A DNA stretch of 64,000 nt from Candidatus Nanopelagicales bacterium (lineage in GTDB: Bacteria > Actinomycetota > Actinomycetes > S36-B12): contig JBILOY010000001.1 in NCBI GenBank assembly GCA_044374195.1, positions 101,883 through 165,882 on the forward strand, written 5' to 3'. The notes beneath the pieces were generated by a model. The model was given only the letters and a program-made list of their open reading frames with translations. It was not told where the DNA came from and did not search any database. Within the stretch, counting starts at the first letter, position 1. Each line of letters opens with the position of its first letter. The translations under genes were made by a program, and so were the position numbers. Positions 8,675 to 16,107 of the stretch are shown here, piece after piece.

Positions 8675-9778
8675 ATGGCACCGCGGTCGACCAGGGTTCT
8701 CGGGATTGCACTGGCGCCAGTGCTTTTGGCGGGCGGCCTGGTCGCTGCCGCGCCTGCGTTCGCCGCCACCCAAGTGTCGTTCACCACCCCTGGTCTTTCT
8801 TCGTGGACAGTTCCCGATGATGTGACTCAGGTGACGATCACCGCGATCGGTGGCGCGGGAGGTGCTGGCCTGCGCAGTCTTGGCGGAGCTGGCTGCACGG
8901 TGACGAACGTTTACTCAGTGACGCCAGGAGATGTCTTCCGCATTTTCGTCGGTGGCGGAGGTCTGGGCGGCTCCGGAACTGTCAGCGGCGGAGGTGGCGG
9001 GTCAACCACCATCAACCTTCAGCAGATCTCCGGGATCGTGGCCGGTGGCGGTGGCGGAGGCGGTGGCTATGACAACGTCTCTCCTTCGATCGGCCCGAAC
9101 GATGGCGGTGATGGTTGTGGTTCCTTCACCTCCGGTGGCAACGGGTTGAGCCCGAATGGTCAAGGTGGAAGCAATGCTGTCGGTGGTGGCGGTGGTGGTG
9201 GTGACCCCACCACAAACGGCGGCAGCGGCCTCGCGGGCGCAGGCGGGATCGGCTTCGGAAATCCGGGCAGCGGCGGTATGGGAGACGTCTGCTCATTTGG
9301 CGATGGCGGCACAACGATTTCCTTCGGCGGCGGTGGTGGCGGCGGCGGTTACGGTGGCGGCGGAGCGGGTTCACAACAGTCCCTCGGCGGACTGGGCACC
9401 GTCTACGGAGGCGGCGGAGGCGGCGGCAGTACTGGCCCGTCGGGCGCCACGTTTTCAATTGACACAGCGCGCACCGCGAATTCACTTACTGGCAGGAATG
9501 GATCGGTACTGATCAGTTTCGGCCCGCCTGACACGGCTCCTTCATGGTTCCAGTCCTACGCGCGCGGTGCATCGGTCTCCTGCCTCGCTGGCTGGAATCC
9601 GAGTTGGGCTCAATGGCCCGGTAACGGCACGGGTGGATACGTGTGTAACCGGGAGATCTACATGACCCCGACAGGTACCTGGTCTTCGCGCTCACAACTA
9701 CTCGGTTCGGTAGCGACGCAATCAACACCCGCGCCTGCCCATGGCCCGACTCGACCGGTGATCAGCTACCGCTGCTAG
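8675..9778 (+). CDS. Secreted glycine-rich protein with one C-terminal Cys/Trp module
   Basis: RBS GGAGG; signal peptide ..APAFA; WTVPDDVTQVTITAIGGAGG..VTPG..VGGGG glycine-rich domain; C-terminal CLAGWNPSWAQWPGNGTGGYVCNRE. Confidence 0.85.
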   Translation: MAPRSTRVLGIALAPVLLAGGLVAAAPAFAATQVSFTTPGLSSWTVPDDVTQVTITAIGGAGGAGLRSLGGAGCTVTNVYSVTPGDVFRIFVGGGGLGGSGTVSGGGGGSTTINLQQISGIVAGGGGGGGGYDNVSPSIGPNDGGDGCGSFTSGGNGLSPNGQGGSNAVGGGGGGGDPTTNGGSGLAGAGGIGFGNPGSGGMGDVCSFGDGGTTISFGGGGGGGGYGGGGAGSQQSLGGLGTVYGGGGGGGSTGPSGATFSIDTARTANSLTGRNGSVLISFGPPDTAPSWFQSYARGASVSCLAGWNPSWAQWPGNGTGGYVCNREIYMTPTGTWSSRSQLLGSVATQSTPAPAHGPTRPVISYRC

Positions 9779-9802
9779 GTGGCGGCGGGGCTACGGTGAG
9801 CA

Positions 9803-9841
9803 GAATTACTGCTTGACTGTAATTCAGCAGTAGCCTAGCCT
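9803..9841 (+). promoter_or_regulatory. Promoter and operator of the TA pair (probably leaderless)
   Basis: TTGACT-17 nt-TAGCCT, 6 nt before ATG 9848; inverted repeat GAATTAC..GTAATTC overlaps the -35. Confidence 0.6.
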
Positions 9842-9847
9842 TTTGTC

Positions 9848-10165
9848 ATGAGCAGTGCCCAGCCCTTCCACGGATTCGTGAGCGTCCAGTCTCGGGGCCT
9901 CGTGGCGCTACCCGCCTCCATTCGCAAGCGTTACCGCCTTGACGAGCCGGGAGCCCAGGTCGAGATCACGGAGCGCGCCGACGGCGTACTCGAATTGCGA
10001 CCCGCAGTGGCTGTGCCGGCTGGCGAGGCGTGGTTCTGGGAGAAGCGCTGGCAGGACGGCGAGCGCGAGGTCGATGCACTCGTTTCCGCGAAAGCCATCA
10101 CCGTGACCGAGGGTGTGGATGAGTTCTTGCAGTCCCTACCGACATCGGGCGACACTGCCGGATGA
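9848..10165 (+). CDS. AbrB/MazE/SpoVT-family antitoxin
   Basis: VQSRGLVALPASIRKRY..LELRP..AWFW..WQDGEREVD; ATGA overlap with the next gene. Confidence 0.85.
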   Translation: MSSAQPFHGFVSVQSRGLVALPASIRKRYRLDEPGAQVEITERADGVLELRPAVAVPAGEAWFWEKRWQDGEREVDALVSAKAITVTEGVDEFLQSLPTSGDTAG

Positions 10166-10473
10166 AATTCGAGCGCACCTCCCGCTTCGATTCCGACTTC
10201 GCTGCCTTACCGCGTGAGCATCAGGAGCAGTTTCGTTCGCTCATTCCCGACTTTCACACTGCTACCGAGGCCTTCGTTGCCTCGGGCGGCAAGGGCGGGT
10301 GGCCGAAGCGACTTCGAGTGCACCCGATGACGAGCGCACCCGGCATTTGGGAACTCACCTGGTCGTTCGCATCCCCCGATGGCCGGGCGACGTTCGAGTT
10401 CGTTAATCGCGAAGGCGAAGTACGCGTGCTGTGGCGCCGTATCGGTGATCACTCGATCTATCGGAGACCGTGA
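10162..10473 (+). CDS. RelE/ParE-superfamily toxin (putative)
   Basis: MKFERTSRFDSDF..GIWELTW..GRATF..WRRIGDHSIY; coupled to the antitoxin. Confidence 0.75.
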   Translation: MKFERTSRFDSDFAALPREHQEQFRSLIPDFHTATEAFVASGGKGGWPKRLRVHPMTSAPGIWELTWSFASPDGRATFEFVNREGEVRVLWRRIGDHSIYRRP

Positions 10474-10516
10474 CTCTTTTCGTTTCGCCGAGCAACCAGC
10501 AAGACCGACGTCGCCT

Positions 10517-11266
10517 CTAGATAGAGGGGTCGCTCGAGTCTGCCGTGGGCGGTTCTTCCGTCGCGGCCTCGCCAGGGGCGTCCTTATTCTTTCCCTTGAC
10601 CAGCAAGACGATGGCGACGACGAAGACGGCCACGACTGCGATCGCAAGGATCACGAGGATCAGCAGCTTCGTGGCGGACCCACTGGGTTCGGATGCCGCG
10701 ACCACCGTGACATTGAAGTTTTCACTCAAGGATCCTGCGACCGTGACGGTGTTCTCGTTGACCTTCGTGGCTCCATTGCCGGTGATACTCGAGATCGGGC
10801 CCGGGAATGTGGCCGTGAAGGAGAACTGGCCCAGGCTCATGCCCTCCAGCATCGCGGCTTCGTCACCCGTGCCGCCCTGGCTTTCGCTGACCACGTTCAA
10901 GGTGAGTTCGTCGCCCGTCTTCGTCAGCGACCAAGCGTCATCGAGCTCGGAGGCCTGAACATTCGCAACCGTGCACGTGACGATGAAGTTGGTGGCGTCC
11001 TCTGACTCCACGCAGGACTGGGCCACCTCGTTGTCGACGCCCAGATCCATATCACCCGACGTTATGGCTTCCCCGAGCTGCTCCTTGGAAGTCACACCGA
11101 GGGGGGCCATTGCCTCCTTGGAGATCGCCGCCGTGAAGGCGCCGGACAAGGTCGCATCGGAATTGACCGTGAGCTTGTAGGTCACGTCGATACAGGCGGT
11201 CAGCGTCAAGATCGCCATGGTTGCCACGGCAACAAGCCCGGCTGTTCGTCGAGTACGGGTGTTCAT
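10517..11266 (-). CDS. LppM-like (DUF3153) lipoprotein with a C-terminal TM anchor
   Basis: Lipobox LTAC, LTVNSDATLSG, TFPGPI..NG, C-terminal hydrophobic helix. Confidence 0.75.
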   Translation of the reverse strand: MNTRTRRTAGLVAVATMAILTLTACIDVTYKLTVNSDATLSGAFTAAISKEAMAPLGVTSKEQLGEAITSGDMDLGVDNEVAQSCVESEDATNFIVTCTVANVQASELDDAWSLTKTGDELTLNVVSESQGGTGDEAAMLEGMSLGQFSFTATFPGPISSITGNGATKVNENTVTVAGSLSENFNVTVVAASEPSGSATKLLILVILAIAVVAVFVVAIVLLVKGKNKDAPGEAATEEPPTADSSDPSI

Positions 11267-11429
11267 GGTTCCCCCTCAGGTTTTCGCCAACTTTAGTGGG
11301 CTGCTTGGGCTTCGGAGGCTCCAGAAACCACGTGTCTGGCGTGAAGGGCGCAGTTCACGGGCTACCGAAGAATCTGCCTCAACTTGTGTTGACCCCACCA
11401 GGTGCCGATGGCGAGAACGAGGAAGAAGA

Positions 11430-11636
11430 TCATCCTCTACTCCCTTCGCCCGGGGTGCTTACATGGGCGCTGCCCCAGGTGTGATTGCAGCAGATACATA
11501 AGAAGGTGATGGCTGCGCCCTTGCGCAGCTCGAGGCCCTGGGCACCGCATGCCGGGCATAGGGGCGCACGGGTCTCGTTGTGATGCGCAACTGCCGGGCG
11601 CTTCCGTTCGTCCTGATTTCTTCGTTCGACTCTCAT
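11430..11636 (-). CDS. Possible small zinc-ribbon protein
   Basis: CPACG..CICCNHTW in a 68-aa ORF occupying an otherwise empty gap. Confidence 0.3.
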   Translation of the reverse strand: MRVERRNQDERKRPAVAHHNETRAPLCPACGAQGLELRKGAAITFLCICCNHTWGSAHVSTPGEGSRG

Positions 11637-11700
11637 GGGACCAGAGTGACGGGAGGGTCTGACATTGCTCCGCGCGTCGCCCTCGGTCTAATGCGACACT

Positions 11701-12120
11701 GTGGTCGTGTTTAAGACAATCGGTCGCCTTGCTCTCGGTGCGTTCTTGATCTTTGCCTCGATCGGGCACTTCATCTCAGCCGACGAGTTTCTCGCCCAGG
11801 TGCCGCCGTGGATGCCAGCCCCAGAGCTCGTCGTTCTGGTCTCCGGTGGGGTCGAACTCGCACTTGGCTGCGCGCTCATCTTCTTTCCAAGGAAATGGCG
11901 GCCGATTGTTGGCTGTGTGACGGCAGCGTTCTTCGTCATCATCTTCCCGGGAAACCTCTGGCAGTACTTCGAGGCCAGAGATGCTTTTGGACTCGATTCA
12001 GATTCCGCTCGACTCGTGCGGTTGCTCTTCCAGCCCGTCCTTGTTCTGTGGGCTCTTTGGGCAACCGGGGCCTTTGCCGCGTGGCGGAAGAAATCAGCAG
12101 GTTCGGCCTCATCTGTCTAG
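11701..12120 (+). CDS. DoxX-family membrane protein
   Basis: GHF..VPPWMP..SGGVELALG..IFPGN..RLLFQPVL. Confidence 0.85.
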   Translation: MVVFKTIGRLALGAFLIFASIGHFISADEFLAQVPPWMPAPELVVLVSGGVELALGCALIFFPRKWRPIVGCVTAAFFVIIFPGNLWQYFEARDAFGLDSDSARLVRLLFQPVLVLWALWATGAFAAWRKKSAGSASSV

Positions 12121-12653
12121 GCCTGGCTTAGCCCCCTAGATTCGAGAAACTCAGTGATTGTGGCCCTCACCTCGGGCCGAATCACGCTCTCGCCCCACAC
12201 CCGATCGCAGATCTCCCAGACCTGGCTGACTGCTCTCAGCTCGAGAATCTCGCAGAGCACTGCGACGTCTTGCAGATCTCGCGGGCCTCGCCCGGCTCGC
12301 GCCTTCATTGCGAGCAGATGCTCGGCCGACGCAACCTCAACACTGAGCCCCGCAACGCTGAGCATCTCCCAGCTGCGGGAATCGGCAAGTCTGGGAAGCA
12401 GCGGGGCGACTCGCGAATTGAGCCAGTCGGGAGGCAAGTCACCGCGATCTTTTGCCATCTCGTCGACGACCTCGTCGATAACACCTGATGGCGTGATGAG
12501 CGCATCGATGTCACGAGTGACCGCGCTTCTGTCATAGCCGAGGAGCATGGCGGCTCCCCCGACGATGTAGAGCTCGACTTCGAGGCCACGGGCATCAAGG
12601 CGCTCACCGAGTTCGGTGAGCAGCGCGACGATCTCATCTTTCGTCGTGAACAT
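12117..12653 (-). CDS. DUF6036/AbiEii-like nucleotidyltransferase (putative TA toxin)
   Basis: YIVGGAAM..TRDIDA..LPPDWLN..LLAMK..RDLQD; ATG at 12653 directly follows the HTH gene stop. Confidence 0.8.
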   Translation of the reverse strand: MFTTKDEIVALLTELGERLDARGLEVELYIVGGAAMLLGYDRSAVTRDIDALITPSGVIDEVVDEMAKDRGDLPPDWLNSRVAPLLPRLADSRSWEMLSVAGLSVEVASAEHLLAMKARAGRGPRDLQDVAVLCEILELRAVSQVWEICDRVWGESVIRPEVRATITEFLESRGLSQA

Positions 12654-12654
12654 C

Positions 12655-13290
12655 TCAGACCGACTCAAGAGCGCGACGGTCGAGGTAGATGCCACGCGCT
12701 CGCAGGCTAGGAATACCGTTGGCGAAGGCCTGGGCCTTGAGGCTCTTGTCACCCTTCTTTAGGCCGACCCACCAGAGTTCGTCCAGATAAAGATGATGAG
12801 CATGAGTCCACGCGGGGGCGCGCTCGAGTTTGGCTGTGCGTGCCCAGTGAACGGCCATGCCGGCGAGCAGGGCGTCAGTGCGCTGATCGCCGGTCGACTG
12901 GGGCTGGGCGAGGAAGAGGCGAACATCGGCCTGGATGGAATGCTCGTCGCGCTTCGGGTTGGTTGCCTGCAAGGCGGCGTTCACTGAGTCATTCATTCCG
13001 ATCACGTAACGCATCAGCCAGAGGTCGAGCTCGGGGCCTTCGTGCTTGGTTGCCTGAAGGCTCTCTTTCAGGGTTTTCGCGTGCGAGGCGCAGGTGCCCA
13101 GCCACGTGGCGGCGTGAACGGTGCTCTCATGAAGACGCAGAAGCTCAGCCATCCGCTCTTCGACGACACTGCCGGGAGTGAGGGAGCCGGCTTCGTAGGC
13201 GCTGATATTCGCCTGCTGGGTGCCCAGGAGGAAGGCGACGTGCGACTGGGACATACCCGCGCTTGCGCGGTATTCCCTCAACTCGTGCAC
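12655..13290 (-). CDS. XRE-family HTH protein, putative antitoxin partner
   Basis: LREYRASAGMSQ..GTQQANISAYEAG; C-terminal DALLAG..APAW..SLRARGIYLDRRAL. Confidence 0.8.
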   Translation of the reverse strand: MHELREYRASAGMSQSHVAFLLGTQQANISAYEAGSLTPGSVVEERMAELLRLHESTVHAATWLGTCASHAKTLKESLQATKHEGPELDLWLMRYVIGMNDSVNAALQATNPKRDEHSIQADVRLFLAQPQSTGDQRTDALLAGMAVHWARTAKLERAPAWTHAHHLYLDELWWVGLKKGDKSLKAQAFANGIPSLRARGIYLDRRALESV

Positions 13291-13292
13291 GG

Positions 13293-13307
13293 AGGTATTA
13301 TATACCT
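13293..13307 (-). promoter_or_regulatory. Palindromic operator overlapping a TATAAT -10 (leaderless promoter)
   Basis: AGGTAT-TAT-ATACCT; the minus strand reads TATAAT-6 nt-GTG(13290). Confidence 0.6.
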
Positions 13308-13340
13308 ATGCTTATTGCTTATATTGCTCGCTTTACGCGC

Positions 13341-13586
13341 GAGTCATGGTTCTGGAAGCGACCGTGGAGACGGGGCGAACGCGAAGTTGACGCTCATGTG
13401 AAAGCTGGAGAGATCCGAGTGACTGACGGTGTCCGGGAATTCCTCATCTCCTTGCCGGTCACAATTACAGACATCGATCTCGAAAAGGAAGAAGTCTTCG
13501 ACTCCAAGGGCGTTCGCGTCGATAACGCGTACATCGAACGTGTAATGCAAGAAGTCGAGGCCGAACTCGAGAGGCGAGCCGACTAG
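13341..13586 (+). pseudogene. Truncated or chimeric antitoxin fragment (C-terminal half paralogous to 9848..10165)
   Basis: SWFWKRPWRRGEREVDAHVKAGEIRVTDGVREFLISLP versus AWFWEKRWQDGEREVDALVSAKAITVTEGVDEFLQSLP; the AbrB DNA-binding N-terminus is absent. Confidence 0.6.
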
Positions 13587-14260
13587 CGGTCGTTCCAGAT
13601 CCTTCGGAAATACACCCGATCGTGTTCGGCATCTGCTCGAAAGTCACCGAGATACTCTGACTGAGAGATGGCGTGAAAACACCCGAGTCCCTCGAGCGTG
13701 CAGAGATTGCCACCTCTTTCTTGCGCTCGACGCGCCAGGTCGTCGTCACCCCACCACCAGCGAAGACCAGGGTCAATGGCGAAGGGCTGATTGCGCCAGA
13801 AATCTGCTCGAAGCATGAACATCCAGCCGGTTCGCTCGGTCCACTCGACGGGAATGGCTTTGACACCAATCAGTTCGCCGCCATCGGCTGCCGGATCGAT
13901 GAAGGCGAGATCGAAGCCGGCCATTTCAGCGCGCATTCTTTGAAGAGTTCCCGGATGTAATCGGATGTCGTTGTTGAGAATTGCAAGGTGAGCTCCGGAT
14001 ATCTCGCTCGCTCGTGACACCATCTCGTTCCACATTCCGTGGAGACGTTCGCGCGGTCGGGTAACGACTGTGAGTCGCACATCCGAGGCGGCGAGACTCG
14101 CCGCCCATCTCGCCGTGTCGTCAGTCGAACCGTTGTCGAAAAGCCATACCTGATCGACCTCGTCACCATTGAGCAGCGACTCAACGAGGGGCTGGGTCCA
14201 CTCCAGCGCATTGCGCACGGGGATTCCTGCGATCAACTGGCCATTCGCAGGGGGTGTCAT
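13583..14260 (-). CDS. Glycosyltransferase family 2
   Basis: IPVRN..FDNGSTDDT..WNE..ILNNDI..WWGDDDL; ATG at 14260 next to the upstream stop. Confidence 0.85.
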   Translation of the reverse strand: MTPPANGQLIAGIPVRNALEWTQPLVESLLNGDEVDQVWLFDNGSTDDTARWAASLAASDVRLTVVTRPRERLHGMWNEMVSRASEISGAHLAILNNDIRLHPGTLQRMRAEMAGFDLAFIDPAADGGELIGVKAIPVEWTERTGWMFMLRADFWRNQPFAIDPGLRWWWGDDDLARRAQERGGNLCTLEGLGCFHAISQSEYLGDFRADAEHDRVYFRRIWNDR

Positions 14261-14261
14261 G

Positions 14262-15341
14262 TCAGGAGTATTGGGCGAGATTCGCGGAGACGGTGGCGTG
14301 AACATCGGCGGGAATGTCGGTTCGCTCGAGCAGTTCTCTCCAGATGAATTGGGCTCGCTCGCGATCACCACACCACCAGGAGTTGGCGGCAAGCTCGAGT
14401 TGAACGCCCCACGCGTACATCCAGGGTTCGACGAAGAGACGATCCCCTGCCGGCAGCTCGATGGATGCGGCGCGCTCTGCCCACATGAGAGCTGCGCCGT
14501 GGGCTCCGTTCTCGCGATAGCCGCGGGCGAGGTGAACGAGCGGCTCAACTCGATGGGAGCGGAACTCCCAGGCGGTGATGTACATCTGCGCAGCAGCAGG
14601 CCAATCCCCCGCTGCTTCAAGCAGCATCCCGCACTTGTACATCGACCAGAAGATCTCCTCCTCCCAGCCGCCAAGCTCGATGCGCCGGCGATAGGCCGCT
14701 AGTGCACCCGGAACATCTCCGAGACCTTCGCGAGTCTGAGCGAGATAGAAGAACGTGCGTGCGTTATCAGGGTCCGCGTAGGCATCGCTCTCGAGAAGAC
14801 CGAGATCACGTTGCAGCTTGGTATCCCTGTTGCCTCCATCACCGATGTGGGTGATGACGATGTCGTCACACGGGGTAGCGGTGGCGCCAATCGCGGTAAA
14901 GGACAGGTACTCGTGCGTTCGTCCAATGTAGGAACATTCGAGATCGCTAGAGACGAGGTACGGCATCCGATACTGCAGGCCCGACTCAACCATGATGTCG
15001 TAGGCAGCCTCAGTTAGATCCTCCAGAGGATCAGCAGAGGTGATTCTTACCGTCATGTCGGCATCGAGCAAGAGCAGGTAGTCCGCAGTGGGCCGTGCCA
15101 ATTCGAGCAGCTCATTCCTATTGGTGGAAAAGTCGCGCCACGGCCTTGTGTGAACGTTGCCCGGAATGCCCGCGAGGGACTCCTTCACGAGTTCAACAGT
15201 GTTATCTGTCGACCCGGTATCGACGATCGTCCAGGTGTCGATCAGGCCGCGCACACTGCCGAGGCAGCGCTCGATGATGTGGGCTTCGTTGCGCACGATC
15301 ATGGCTAGGCCGATACGTGGGCGCGGTGAGTTGAGAGTCAT
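14262..15341 (-). CDS. GT2 glycosyltransferase with TPR domain
   Basis: MIVRNEAHIIERCL..VDTGSTDNT..DFSTNRN..LLDAD..THEY..FYLAQT, followed by TPR-like helices. Confidence 0.9.
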   Translation of the reverse strand: MTLNSPRPRIGLAMIVRNEAHIIERCLGSVRGLIDTWTIVDTGSTDNTVELVKESLAGIPGNVHTRPWRDFSTNRNELLELARPTADYLLLLDADMTVRITSADPLEDLTEAAYDIMVESGLQYRMPYLVSSDLECSYIGRTHEYLSFTAIGATATPCDDIVITHIGDGGNRDTKLQRDLGLLESDAYADPDNARTFFYLAQTREGLGDVPGALAAYRRRIELGGWEEEIFWSMYKCGMLLEAAGDWPAAAQMYITAWEFRSHRVEPLVHLARGYRENGAHGAALMWAERAASIELPAGDRLFVEPWMYAWGVQLELAANSWWCGDRERAQFIWRELLERTDIPADVHATVSANLAQYS

Positions 15342-15359
15342 GCTCGACCAGGTGCTGGA

Positions 15360-16040
15360 CTATCCGGCAGCGCCGGTCGGACCCATCGGGCCGGTATCGC
15401 CCTGGAAACCTGTGGGGCCCATCTCGCCGGTGTAACCGGTCGGACCGGTGTAACCGGTGTAGCCGGTCGGACCAGTGGGCCCAATCCCGCCGGGTCCAGT
15501 AGCGCCTTCCATCCCCGTGACACCCTGTGGGCCGGTGTAACCAGTCGGACCGGTGGCCCCGGCAATTCCATCTTGGCCAGCCGGACCGGCGGGACCAGTA
15601 AGACCGGTGTTGCTGCCCGTCGGGCCGGTGGCACCCGCGGTGCCGTTGGCGCCATCAGAGCCAGCGGGGCCGGACGAACCATCGGAGCCCTTCTGCCCTG
15701 CTTGACCCGCGGGGCCAGTAGCACCGGAGGTGCCATTCGCGCCCGTCGCGCCATTGGCGCCGTTGCGGCCGTTGGTTCCATCAGAGCCGGAGCTACCTGT
15801 TGCGCCTGCAGCACCACTTTGACCAGGGCTACCCGCGGGGCCAGCCGGACCGGCCGGACCCGAGCCGCCAGCAGCACCGGGTTGGCCGTTGGCGCCGGCG
15901 GCGCCGGAGGCGCCATCTGGAGCAATGATCTTGGTGACCACTGCACCACCGATCACGCCACCGATGATTGCGAGGCATGAGTTCACGAGGATGCTGCGAC
16001 GGGCAATGAAGTTCGAGAATCCACCGAGGGGCGAGCTCAA
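15360..16040 (-). CDS. Collagen-like protein with an N-terminal hydrophobic anchor
   Basis: ~60 Gly-X-Y triplets with two interruptions, Thr-rich GPT/GYT tail; RBS AAGGAG before TTG. Confidence 0.9.
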   Translation of the reverse strand: MSSPLGGFSNFIARRSILVNSCLAIIGGVIGGAVVTKIIAPDGASGAAGANGQPGAAGGSGPAGPAGPAGSPGQSGAAGATGSSGSDGTNGRNGANGATGANGTSGATGPAGQAGQKGSDGSSGPAGSDGANGTAGATGPTGSNTGLTGPAGPAGQDGIAGATGPTGYTGPQGVTGMEGATGPGGIGPTGPTGYTGYTGPTGYTGEMGPTGFQGDTGPMGPTGAAG

Positions 16041-16107
16041 CGTTCTCTCCTTCTCGGTAGTCCGTACGCGCAGTTAGCTGAGGCTAGTGGGTCTTGGGAC
16101 CCTCGAG

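Noticed and set aside
15338-15949. Pro/Ala-rich 203-aa ORF
   Set aside because: Alternate frame of the collagen repeat
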